Below are positions 43,974 through 57,300 of a DNA stretch of 64,000 nt, one piece after another. The notes below the pieces were generated by a model. That model saw only the letters and a list, made by a program, of their open reading frames with translations, was not told where the DNA came from and did no database searches. The stretch comes from Azolla caroliniana (lineage: Eukaryota; Plantae; Polypodiophyta): contig JBHGNT010000003.1 of NCBI GenBank assembly GCA_043228905.1, positions 26,040,001 to 26,104,000 of the forward strand, read 5' to 3'. A program made the translations under genes and the position numbers. Position 1 is the stretch's first letter. Each line of letters begins with the position of its first letter.

Positions 43974-44867
43974 TGATGATGTCAAGAGTCACACTAGACC
44001 AAATGGTGTCCGATCTGTCCAAAAACTAAAAACAATTGGATTTGTGCACATGCAATACAACTATAATGTTCACTTCTAGAAGTTTGCACCACGAAGAACC
44101 TGATGATTTCCTGAACCAATCAAACAAACTTGTTGGTATTGATCTTGAGTCTATATTCATATAGTATTTGGATGTGAATTCGTTGGTGGTTTGATAATAA
44201 ATTTCCAAGTACTAAACTTAAAAAGTGTAATGAAACAAATATTCTTTAAGGATACCCCTACCCTCTTGCAAGAAGTTTTAGAAGATTTTGAAACCTTAGG
44301 GGTATTGTTAGCAAATACCTAAAACATATCTAAAATTATGTATGTAATCCCCAGCTTTCACACAAATGATGCAGTGATTATTACACGCGCACACAGAATC
44401 TAGCAGCTTTTTTCCCAAACAGAAATTTTGCATCATTAAGGAGTCAGTACCTTGGTTTCAAGTTTTTGGATTATGGAAAACGATCACCAAAAGTGGAGGA
44501 TGATTATTGAGCGATAGAGAAGACAAGGAAGAAGAAAGATTAGTGACCGTATATGGTTAGCTTTAATCTATGAATTTAATGGTGGTGAGAAAAAGCTTGA
44601 TTATGATTCAGATGAAGATGAAGATGAAAATGATGGCAGCGGTGATGGCGGTGGTGATGATGATCTATTAACCCAAAATATGTATGATCAGGGGATTAAT
44701 AGAATATGGGCCCGTAATAGAATTGATTCATCTAATAGGCCGACGCGCACACGCACACATATACATAATACATATATGATTATAAATTGATCATACGATA
44801 TACCTAGATTTTCTGCAGATTGATTGTAGGTAAAACAGAAGAAACAGAGAACACATACACACTCACA

Positions 44868-45046
44868 GAGAGAGAGAGAGAGAGGAGTTGAGTTTTTTGA
44901 GAGAAGAAGCGCGTGGACTTCAAACCTACATACATTATACAAATACATACAAGCGAGAGGAAGAAGAAGAAGAAAAGAGAGAGAGAGAGAGAGAGAGAGA
45001 GATCGTGCACATCATCTCCCATGGATATTATTCCTATAGCCAACTC

Positions 45047-45096
<50 letters not shown>

Positions 45097-45139
45097 AATT
45101 AATTCATTTTATACTATAACTAGGCTTATATGTACATAG

Positions 45140-45170
<31 letters not shown>

Positions 45171-45290
45171 GAGTCTATGACTAGGCTTATACATACATAC
45201 ATACATGCATGCATGCATATATGATATGAGTAGTCATTCTCTCCGAATGTCTTTCTGATCTAATGAATGCTACACACACACACACACATC
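44868..45290. repeat. Microsatellite cluster (GA, GAA, CT, TACA, CA) upstream of the LBD gene
   Basis: Directly visible simple repeats. Confidence 0.85.
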
Positions 45291-46387
45291 TTTTTTCGGT
45301 AGAAACCCCTTGGTCTCACGTCGTGTCACCTATATAACGCATGCTACATGGTGTGAACCGCCTCCAAACCGAGGTTACCTGTGTCCCATTTGTGAAGGAG
45401 TGTGTGAAAGACTAATACTACCTAAAGGAATGACCCCAATTATCACTCTCCAAACACTTTGGATCAAACAACAATTTGAGAATGCCAACTATGCTGCAAC
45501 ATTTTCCACCACCCTCCGTTAGAGTTACCTCCATTCCACTCTTCTTGTACTTTAGATGAGAGCCATGAAAGGGACACTATGGCATAGTTATACAACACAC
45601 TAGTAATGAACATTGACAATCTTGTAACACTCTTCAAACACCAACTCACCCAAGGTTGATGATCTATCTTAATATGCAAACATCATTATGTGGTGGAGTC
45701 ATAACTATCTTTTTGCGTCATCAAACTCTAACAACCTTAGTTGTGCAAATTGAGTGGGAAGACACAAAGTTGAGCACATGTGCAACATATAAATGTGTGA
45801 AGATATTATCCACATGGGCCCATGAATAAGTGATCACATGTCTATATTAGATGTTTGGATGGTGAATACTTATCTTATCGAGCACCATGTACGTATGATC
45901 GTTGTATGGGTACGTGTGGGTGCTAAGCATTATATTTATCGGGTCATGATTCTTAATTCACGTTTGTCTTCTTCATCATCACCCCTCATTTTACGAATCG
46001 AAAACCCATCAATGTTCATCCAATAGATGTGAAGTTGTATAATCCGTCCGTGTTAGGAATTATCTCTTCAATAACACTAACCCAAAAGTCACATGAGTGG
46101 TGGACAATTGAATTTATAATATGGAGCCCACATACAAAAAATTAGAATGTCATATTGTTATGGATTGTTTAACACCTACATAAAGAGGTACACACCAATC
46201 TAGAGCACATGAAACTTAAAAGAGTCTAACACGTCACTCTCTTGTATTGATCATGTATGACTATTTTTCGTGGGTTCAAATCTTCATATTTTCACACCAA
46301 TTTGCTACAATATCATTTTTCCTAGACCAACTACATTGGTAACGATGTCATGGTCTCCACATGATTGGTTTGAGCATTTGAACAATT

Positions 46388-46448
<61 letters not shown>

Positions 46449-47057
46449 TTTGTAAATCTCTCTTCTTGAACTCCACATGGAAAGTTTATTGTACTTGCAT
46501 GTTATTACCAATCATGTTGCATATATTTTTCATCATTCATTAAATTTATGATGATGACACGAGAGAGAGCAGAACTCTTCCCTTTCAACTTTTGAAAATC
46601 TTAATCCAAGCCTTAGGCATTCCCCTACCAAAATCTTCAAATAAAACATGAAAATAAGGACACCCTTTACCAACATAACTAGCCTTGCAAATTCATAAAC
46701 CCTAAAACACATAGATTCTCAAAGAAGTTGCAAACTTGAAATCTCCAATAAATTAAAGCAAGGTGGACAAGGATCAAAATCATCATTTATTTTTAATACT
46801 CATTCCTCTTGCCAAAGAGAGTTCATTTTACTAGGTATCACCAACTTGGCTTCTCTTCACTTTGTTTGCAATAGTCTCAGAACAAACTTACATGGTTTTT
46901 TCATATGTTTGAGAAACAAGAGAGTTGCTTTCAAATGTATGTTATGAATAGTTTAAGGTCTTCTTTGGGAGAGAATAATGGATTTGCTTTTTTCTTTGAG
47001 ATAAAATACAAAATCTATTTTAGGATCTACATTGTTAATAATTATTGTTCCTCCAAG

Positions 47058-47326
47058 CATAATATGAACCATACGGACCATACGTGCATTCGCATTTGAG
47101 AATGTTTCAATCATTCGACTATGGTAAACACCCTCGAAGTATGGTATATAGTAAATAGTATACTTTTGTATTCATTATTTATTATAAGGTAAATTTTCTT
47201 AAGGTACGAAAGTTAAGGTAAAAAGTGTAAAAAAAACACATAAGAATGTTTTAATAACATACGCATTTGTTTGCATTCGTATGAAAAAGAATGTTTGGCG
47301 ATGATTCGAGTATATTACGTACTATG
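47058..47326. mobile_element. Non-autonomous hAT-like MITE, copy 2 (inverted relative to 3896-4096)
   Basis: Imperfect TIRs cataatatg / cgtactatg; flanks cctccaag and cccctaag (6/8, decayed 8-bp TSD); shared catacgtgcattcgca and atggtaaacaccctcga segments. Confidence 0.65.
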
Positions 47327-50122
47327 CCCCTAAGGGTTTTTGCATTTTTGCATTTTTGCATTTTCCAAAAATAAGCCACTTTCCCATTAATTAGGAGAGA
47401 TTATTACAGAAAGACTATGCAAGGTGGCTTATACATAAATATGGGAATCACCCTCCGACCGAGTTCAAGAATATGAGACTTTGTACATATCCTTTCTAAC
47501 TGACTACTTAATGTAAGTAGGTACCTACAGCTATAAACTAGTGCCCTTCATCACCAACTAGTCCGAGCCGGAACCAAGGGTTTTTGCATTTGTTTTTAGA
47601 GTTTAAATAAGCTCTCTCTTTTTTCCATGTGGTTTGAATCAAAGAATAAATAAACGAAAATGGAAGCAAGTTTTAAAGTGTGATTTATGTCCGATTTATT
47701 CAAGGTACTAGAAAGTTGCCTTACACTCGGCATATGTGGCTCTTACATTAACAAATTCTTGTTGGTTAAAATTGTCTCCTTATATTAACCAAACATCCTT
47801 AACCGACATTCACATGCATGTAAGGTGGGAAAAGTTTGGCTTTTTTCAAGCCGTTGCTTCAGAAAATGTAATCGTAACTTGATTGCTTATGAAGATTGTC
47901 TAATGGCAACCTCAATTTATTTTCTTTCCCATGAAAAAACTAAAAGCCATAACAAATACGAATGGCATCAAATGTTACATGCATAGTGATGATGTAATTA
48001 CATAATTATTCTATGATCATGTGCATTATAGGTAATGCTAGGCTGCGAAATTATAATGAAATTCCTACAATGATAATGAATAGAGATATACATGTTCTAG
48101 TATATGTTAGAATTTGTGGGACATCTAACGTTGCTTACATTCTATGTATGGCATAATGCATTGCTTTCATGTTGTGCATTGGAATAAAGTGTCGTGTTGA
48201 CCCTCCTATTTAAAAGTCTAGCATCGCTTTCATGTTGTGCATTGCAATAAAATAATGTGTTGACTCACGTATTTAAAAGTCGTGGTACAAATACTTGCAT
48301 TCAAACTAATAGCTAAAATCAACAATACATCTTCATGACATTACACAAAAACGAGTTTAGGAAACAAGTACTCCATGACATTAATGACACTACACAAAAA
48401 CAAGTTTAGGAGACGTTCCATGTAAATTTTGTGTAGTTGTGGTAGAAATACTTGCATTCAAACTATTGTTAAAATCTGCAGTACCTCCCCGTGCCATTGC
48501 ACAAACAAGTTGAGGCATTCCATGTCATGGTAACTCTCTTATTCATACGTCATTTTACAAACTACAATACTAAACATAAATTGAGGGCAAAATGGCATGT
48601 AGATGCAAGGGAAGGCCTCTACAAGAACATAGAGACAAATGAGAATATTCTAATGGTTTTTAATGTGATACTATTGCAAATGACAGTCCATACTATGTGT
48701 CTTGTGTGGTCATGAACGCATGGATAAGCCCAAAATTGGGTTTGAACTTCACAAGGTCAGCAAGCAAGTCAAGATGGACAAATAAGAGAATGCAGATAAA
48801 CTTGATGGTTCAGAGTTGCATTTCAAGGAATGTGACGATAGCCAGACATGCATCCTCCCCATCTAAGGGATGGATATTCCACCCACCTCCCTTACGGTGC
48901 ATGTTACACAAGTTTTGTTCGTGTGAACCATCCACCCTAAACCATTGGTAGATAAATAACATGCTTTCAATAAGTTCCATGTGCACTTTCCTAGCTTTCA
49001 ATTGAGATGGACAAAGACAGCATAAGCTTTTTTAAATCATAGCATACACAACATACAGCATGATGTTAGATGTAAATAACATTCAATTGCAACTGAATAA
49101 TAGGCAATAAAATTTGACTACTGGACAGTAATGCACCATGGCGATGATTTTTACCATTTGCATTTAACTAGGGCAAAAGCCTCACCCTCCAGTGCAATTA
49201 GAACTTGAAGGTTCTTAATTTATACCACTGTTTGATCCATCCAAAGAATGTTAATTATCATAGTTTTTCAGCTCCTAAAGATTAGTGCCTTAGGTTCTCT
49301 ATTAGCAGTACAAGGTCGAGACAAAATCTCAATCAACTCCAACTTAATTTTTAATTACCCAAATTGACTTGCATCTTTGATATTATAACACCATCCGGGA
49401 AATTCTCCACGAATAGCTTTACTTTGCTCTGGAAATTGTTTATTTGCGAATGACATAGGAATACATCTTGAGAATTGATTCAATATTTAAGTTAAATTAT
49501 GGCAAAACCTGTACAGTGAAAGATATGCATTATAATCATTCTGCCATTGTCAATCTATCAAATCACAGACATTGTTTACACCAGGCAATGCATCAGCATA
49601 TGATGCCAAACTCACATTAAGGGTCTCGAAAACATTACTGGCAGTGCTCTTTATATAATCCACCATAGGTAAAGTGAGGAACCAACATCTTCCAATTCGA
49701 CATGGTCCACACCTAGCTTGGCTATAGTGGAAAAATATGGTAGTTCAGATACACAAGGTTCCTCAAACCGAAGTTCGGTCGGTCATCCATTTTTCTGAGC
49801 AATAACCAGGTCTCCACTCATGATCACTGTTAGGGAGCTGTGTATGCAATAGGATGATCAATAGGAGTATACACTATACATACATTCAATTCAAATATAT
49901 GATGATCAGTAATATATAAACTATATATAGTCCGCAAAACCATGCTCTTAAGAATATACGCAATTCAGGTGTATAACAAAGGGAATTTTACCAAAATACC
50001 TCTCGCATTCAGCAATTTGACAAATGCTCTACAATTTGTCTCTCTGCAATTTTATTTCTCCAGTTAACAGAGTGAAAGAGAGGAATTTTCTGGGAATTGT
50101 GGAATATTTTAATCAATTCCCC

Positions 50123-52662
50123 TTAAATCAAATCTGCTTTGTAATAAGAATTTACCATTCTTCTCGGTATAGCACGCTTAGTAGATGGTTGCCTCAATGA
50201 ATCAGCAACATGCCGATCTCTTGAAATAATCCTGTTTGATCCAACACTTCTCAATCTTTCGGATTCTTTTGTGCTAACTCTAAGGGCAGCATCTTGTTGA
50301 GCTTTTAGTGCATCACGTTCATCCCTTGTAATAATCCTATTAGATGCTGCACTTCTCAATCCTTCAGCTTCTAGTGCCCTAGCCCTAAGGGCAATGTCAT
50401 GTTCAGCATTGAGCACAGTAGTATGTTGGGCCCTTATTTGAGTATCATGTTCACCCCTTAGTGCAATATCATGTTGAGCCCTAAGAGAAGCATCATGCTG
50501 AGCCCTTAATGCAGCACTCTGATGAGCTCTAAATGTAATATCATGTTCAGCATTTAGAGTAGTGCTATGTTGAGCTCGTAGCACAGCATCATGTTCAGCC
50601 CTTGACATAACATCTTGTTGAAAGTTTGAAATGAGTCCATTCTTTGCGACTCCATCTTCTGACAATGATGCTGTAAAATTTCTACTGTGCAAACCTAGTG
50701 AGTCTTGGCCTAGTTGCAAATATTTCAGTGCCAATTCATCCACTTCATTCATCCGGCCTTGATTCAACAAACCTCCCCGATCTGCACGGCCATCAAGAAC
50801 CTTTATCTGTGGTAGATAGGTCGCTTCAATAAAATCTACTGCAAGATGAGGATCTTGCCTTAGAACCCTATCCTCAATCCTTAAAACTTGAGGAGGTAAT
50901 CTATGTTGCAATACATCACGTTGTACAACGTCGAGATGCAAAAGACCAGCAGTGCATCTATCCTCTAATGTTGGCTTCAGAAGAGATTGAGGATGTAACC
51001 TATCTTGTGCATTCCTTTGCAAAAGCTCTAGATGTGGAACACCAGTATCTCTTCTATCTCGTAAGCATGGCCTAGGAAGTGGTTCTGAATCATTCCTATC
51101 CATGCCAAGATTTATTCTTTTGCGTGCAGGTTCAACAGGGCAGAACAATTTCAACAGCCTATCAACCTAAAATATGAGCAGAAATTTGTTTAAAATCCAA
51201 AAATATTTGAGATGTATCACCAAAAGAAAGCAAAATCAAAGTAATTTAACCATGTACCTGGATAGAACTGAGCTCAAAGCTGAATTTGTTCCGTGCATAA
51301 TAGTTTTCTCTAATGGCCTCTTTAAATTTGTCTTCAGTCAATGGTAGGCACTCCCTATATACATCAAACCGTACCTGAATATAAATGAAAATAATCAAAC
51401 TCACATCCCTACAGGCATCAAACTTTACCTCGAATAAAGCCGATTATAGCAAGCATATAATGGGATGAAACTATGGAATCTTTTGAAAGAGAAAATTATA
51501 CTACATTGCATAACCGACAGTTATATCTCTTCGACTACCTATATGGAGTTTTCATAAAGTGCTTTTCCGAATAAGATAAGTGCACGTGACACTAAAGCCA
51601 CACATAAGATGATCTCATAGACACATGTCTATATATATATGTATCTCAGGTAAGGCAATTTCCAAGCAAGTATAGTTTATCTCTTCAATAGATCAAAGTT
51701 CACCTGTAACTAAGTTGCTGAAGAAGTTCTGACGTTTTTTCTCTTCAACAAACATTATAAACATAAGCTCATCTCTATAAAATCACAACGAATTGGGAAA
51801 GGATGATCCCTTCAATCAATAATCGATATGTACCTTATATATGGTGCAATTGCATATTTACACTAAAAACTCTAGAATAAACCGTTTATCTATTTACAAT
51901 TTTTCCTTTTCAAATCATTGACGCTTCACTTCTTCAACAATTCACCTCCTCGACAGTTTTATCTCTTCAAAGTTCACAAAAAATAAAGGAGAAAATTGTA
52001 AGGAAAGGAAATACCTGAGAAGGATAAGAACCTTGTCCATGGAATGCTTTTGGTTCAAGGTTCAATCCACCTTGAGATACTGCTTCATAGACTCCATAGA
52101 GTCTTTTCACATCAAAATCATACAAGAAAAGAAACATTCCCGGGACAACTTCCTCTACGAGACCTTTCTTTGCGTATGGAAGCCCAAAGACCTTAAAATG
52201 GAAGCAATCTCTCTTCGTGATGGAATTGCACATGAAAATCAGACCTGAAGGTGGATTTCTAGACGAGAGATTATCTTCCCTTCTTCCATTTCGCAACGAA
52301 GAAGACGAAAATCCATTGAATTCGTTTCTCAGAGAAGAAGCTTTGTTTCTTGGAAACGAGGAAACTCCACATCCTTCATTTCGTAAAGAAGAACTTTCGT
52401 TCGGGAAAGAAGCGGCTTCTCTTCTTAGAGATAAAGTTCCATAGCCCTCACCTCGAGAAGAAGCTTCCTTATTCCGCCGATCAGAAGCCCCATAGCCTTC
52501 ATTGCACGACAAAAAAAGTTCATTCCTCAGAGAAGAAGACGATCCATATCTTTCATTTCGCAGAGAAGAAGAGGATGAAGAACCTCTATAACCTTCAATG
52601 ATCTCCTCCCTATCCCATCCAGAAGATCGTCTCTTCCATCTTGAAGACCTCGTCGCTGACAT
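50123..52662 (-). CDS. DCD (development and cell death) domain protein; exons 52662-52015, 51374-51258, 51166-50123 (the 3' end may splice further at a donor near 50156)
   Basis: [23 protein letters not shown]...[34 protein letters not shown]...YPSQ|VRF...[29 protein letters not shown]|VDRLLKLF; phase-0 GT-AG introns. Confidence 0.9.
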
Positions 52663-53633
52663 GTTCTCGAAGAAAAGCTCAAAGTATCACAATCGCGTTC
52701 ATTCATTCTTCAAGAAGAAGCAATAAGAAGCATGATACAGAAGGAGTGGAGTAGAAAAGCTTATAGAAAAGGAAGAAGACCGTTGTTGCGTATGTGAGAT
52801 GGCGAGAGGCAGACATGGAAGAGCGAGCATGCGCATCTGCAGGATTTGTCTGTGCCGGTGCAGGGGAATTTCGGGAGGAAGACGATCGACAGAGAGAAAC
52901 CCTAAAGGAAGGAAAACAATGTCATAATTTGTTCTTACTGTCTTGTCTGTCTGCGTGTGTACCTTTGGAGAATTCGGGAAAATACCCCTCCCTCCCCAAG
53001 CTTTTTCGTTATTTCCAAATTTATGCATTATATGTATATACATAGTACATACATACATACATACGTATACGGTTATACCCTTTTCCTTCCTTTGTGTATG
53101 TATAGAGGGGCACTTGTGAACTGATTGATAATGAAGGGAGGGCAAAAGCCAAAGGATCAAATTAGGATGCCTAACACATTTTTAACCGGGGATGTGACTT
53201 GCACCTTTAGATTGAGATCAACTGTTAAACTCCTACTACTTCCTTATTTGTCAAGACCACACGCGCCTTAGTAAAGAGATGGCATGTTGCTGCACACACA
53301 TATATCAAGAAAAAAACAATGATTAGATGTAGGAATTAGAAGAATGCATGGTTGACAATATTGAATTGTGGAGGTTATGAATAGAGGGAACATGGATCAT
53401 ATCACTCGAGAAGACAAATGACACCACGCCACCTCAAAGAGATGGCACACTACACACGCATCCATTGTGCCTCATGGGATTGACTTTGCTAGATTTGAGT
53501 GGTCTTATTGGTATTATTTGTTTGATCATGACAGCAATGCCATTGTTTGTTTCTCCGTCTCCATGTATAGATACTAGTGTTTGTATAGATTTCAAAGCTA
53601 TATCATGCATGTTTCAAGTTAAGGCATAGAGGA

Positions 53634-53727
53634 CTATAGTGGTGACTATCAAGTATAACTATAGTGGTGACTATCAATAAGTGGTGACTATCAAGTATAA
53701 CTATAGTGGTGACTATCAAGTATAACT
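53634..53727. repeat. ~25-bp tandem repeat, about 4 partial copies
   Basis: ctatagtggtgactatcaagtataa units. Confidence 0.85.
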
Positions 53728-54388
53728 AGCTATCATGGCTACCTTAATTTAGTCTTAATTCTCTTTGTATGTTTTGCACTATTAGCACCTCACTAATGAA
53801 CCGTGCCATTTTTGTCTTATCTTCGAATATCAGGATGTATTTGAAAATTTTCATTTTTGTTCTCACAGGTCATGATGTATGACCTCTGAAGACGATAATG
53901 CAATCTCGCTCACTCACACACTTTGTCTATCATTACTAAACAAACACCGGATGAGAGAGAACAAAAGCCAACATGCATGCAGATCTTTTGGGCAAAGAAG
54001 GATTCGTTCTGGTGAGAGTGGGGAATTAGAGAAGAGAAGAGAAATGTTGTTACGTGATTCGAGCGGGTCTTTTGAAACATGAGACTTATGATTGGATCGA
54101 AGTCCCCACTTTCATCTCCTGCCTCAAAAAGAGTAAACATTTGATAGTATGTATTGAGTATGTATGTATTTAGTGCATGAATAGCTCTCCAATCAAAGTA
54201 GGCCCCTAGGCCCCTAGGCCCCTTCCATATGTGTACATAAATATAATGTTAAGTTTAAGGCTGAATTTTTCTCAATTGAACGAAGAAGAAGAAGGCGAAG
54301 AAGAAGAAGAAGAAGAAGAAGAAGAAGAAGAGAGCTCTTTCTATAATAAAGGCGTAGCGAATAATCAGCTTTCTGTGACGTCTTGGCT

Positions 54389-57300
54389 ATGGCGACCTCC
54401 TCAAACATAATGCTTGCTATTCACGAAAAGAAGACAAGTTCGGTAGATCTATTCAAACCGTTGCGTCAATACATCGCCCACATCTATTCAGAAAGAGAAG
54501 CAGTAGATAACGAAGACGATCTCGAATCCATTCAACAAATGCGCCGCGAGATTGAGAAGGACATAGATTCTCTGGAATCTCGAAGGGATCTTTTACAAAG
54601 GTATTACAAATCTCTCTGTGTTATTGAGCCTAGATTCCCTATTTCAAATGAGAAGGATCAAATCGACACTATTTCTTTCACATGGTTTGATGCATTCAAG
54701 AGTAATAAGAAGTGTTCTCAACAAAGCATCCACTTCGAGAAAGCATGTGTTGTTTTCAATTTGGGAGCGATTTATAGTCAATTAGGGTTAAATTTGGATC
54801 GATCCAACTCCAATGGTATCAAGCAATCTTGTAGTTTCTTTCAAGCATCGGCTGGAGCTTTTGCTTTTTTGAAAGAAAGCTTATCAATGAAGGCATCATC
54901 ATCTAATAACACTTCTTCGACAACTATGGACATCTCGAGTGAATGTGCGAATATGCTTGAAAAGCTTATGTTAGCTCAAGCTCAAGAGTGTTTCTATGAA
55001 AAGGTGGTTTTAGACCAAAAACCTCCTCCTTTATGTGGTAAAATCGCTCGACAAGTGAGCTTATACTATGAAGAAGCATATGCTTCTATAACCCTCCCTC
55101 CTCTCAATCAATACATAGATCGAGGTTGGGTAGCTCACATAATGCTTAAAGCAGCCCAATTTCATGCCGAGGCTTGTTATAGAGTTGCCATTGATCTTCA
55201 TGAAAAGGAGAATATCGGTGAAGAAATAGCTCGGCTTAAAGTTGCAGCTAGCTCTTTGGCAAGTGCTAAAAAAGCTGCCAAAGGAGTAGGGCCTTCTCTT
55301 TTAGATGTAGTCTCGAAGCTTGAAACAAACATAAATTCAAATCTAGAAAGAGCCGTGAAAGAGAATGATAGAGTATATTTGATGAAAATTCCCTCGGTTA
55401 CATTGTTGGGACCCTTACCATCGGCCTCACTGGTAAAAGCAACAAATATGGCTGAGATTCTAGATGCTAGCAAAGAGAAAATGTTCACAAGACTTGTACC
55501 AGACACTTGTATGAAAGCGCTCTCGAGGTATACTGAGCTCTTGGATGAAATAATAAGAACCCAAGTGGAGAAATTACAACAGGAGAGTGAGATTGCAAGG
55601 GTTAAGCTTAAAGAAATGGACCTTCCAGGATCTATTCATGCACTAGAAGGCTGCAATTCACTCCCTGAAAAACTTCGAAGTGATGTAGAATCAATACAAC
55701 TCGACGGGGGATTAAAAGGTTTGGATGCAGCTACAAGGCAACTGCAAGATTTAAAGAGAGTTAATGAAGAGCTACTTGTGCAAACCGAAGAGATATTGCA
55801 AAGAGAGTCTCAAGAAGATGCAAGGTTGAGGTCTCAATTTGGTAATAGATGGAAACGGCAACCTTCCAGCTCACTCACGAAGGGGTTCCAAGATAAACTT
55901 AGTAGTTTTGCAATGAAATTGAAGCAGGCTGCAGATGTGGATGCAAGGATTGATCGGTTGATCCAAGACAATTGGACCTTGCTATCCATTTTGGATGTGA
56001 AACCAGTATGTCTATGTTATATATGCACAATGGATGAGTACTGATGGTCTACCCCACATTTTTATAAATGGAGGGGCAGTCAGTTATTTTGAGAACATTT
56101 AAACGTAAAGTCTTTCATGAATTTATTTGGTTGATGCATTAAATTGAACAGATTGAAGCAGCTCTTCCAACTTTAACGAAGCCCATAATGTCCTTAAGTG
56201 GAGATGAAGATGCAATTGTGGGTACTCTAAAACAAAGTTTGGTAAGTGCTATCTTTCCATTCATTTCCTTTGGGTATAGTGTCAATGGCCACTATGAACA
56301 AGTTTGATCAATGAGTTTCTTGTGAACATATGGAAATAATATTGTACATAGACTTGCATACGACCTTTCTTAGTGGTCGCTTCTTCATGCCAAGTCTAAC
56401 CATTGATCTTAGCTAAAGCGGTAGAAATTTATTGTGTTGGTTCATATATATTTAATATTACTCTGTTGATATATGAAACATAGCTTTGGATAGTGATAAT
56501 GTGGATAACAAATCTCATTTAACCCAATGTACATAATGCTTGAAGTGGGTAGGACTTTTGATCGTGCTAGCCATTACGAAGTTGATTATTTTTTAATTTG
56601 TAAGCTAGTCACAATTAATAATACTATTTCGTTTTTAGTCAGGTTATATCTGAATGACGTTTACGTGAATTTGTTTGTTATTTTTGTATATGACTCATTA
56701 TATCATTTTTTGCAATAGCTGCAATGATAATATATCTGAAATTTCCATTTGATAACTAAACCATCCTTGGAGAAAACACCTCTCCCAATAACTTTTGCGG
56801 TAGGTTTATTAACTGTAAGTATTCATGCAACTGGCTTAACCTTAAGTTCTATTTGATGCATCTGGATTAACATTTTCATTTTGCCTGGGGCCCTCTTTTA
56901 TGTTTTTAATTAATGATAGATATTCATAAATATTCGTCAATATTCTTACCAATACATCTCGCTTCTGTGTTACTTGATTCAGTAGGAGGCATTGTGAGTC
57001 ATATAAGTGTTGTTCATGGACAATTTCTCCAACCATTGCAGGCTCAGCTGGAAGCACTTGGTGCTCAACGGGCTGGTCTTGAGGATGCAATGAAAGAAAT
57101 GAAACAGAAGGTTTTTCTTGAGTATCTAAATAAAAACTGATTCGCACTTTACATTTGCATATCTTATACTATATCAGGAGAATGTTTCAATATAAGTTAT
57201 ATGTGCACTATATCAGGACAATATTTTGCCAAGGCTTTTGTCTACATCTGGATCACAAGAAGACCTCTTCAAGAGAGAACTTGCAAAGTATGATCCAGTT

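Noticed and set aside
48700-49010. Short ORFs between the LBD and DCD genes
   Set aside because: No convincing domain or splice structure.
52699-53160. 153-aa ORF upstream of the DCD gene
   Set aside because: Low-complexity promoter/5' UTR sequence with no recognisable motif.
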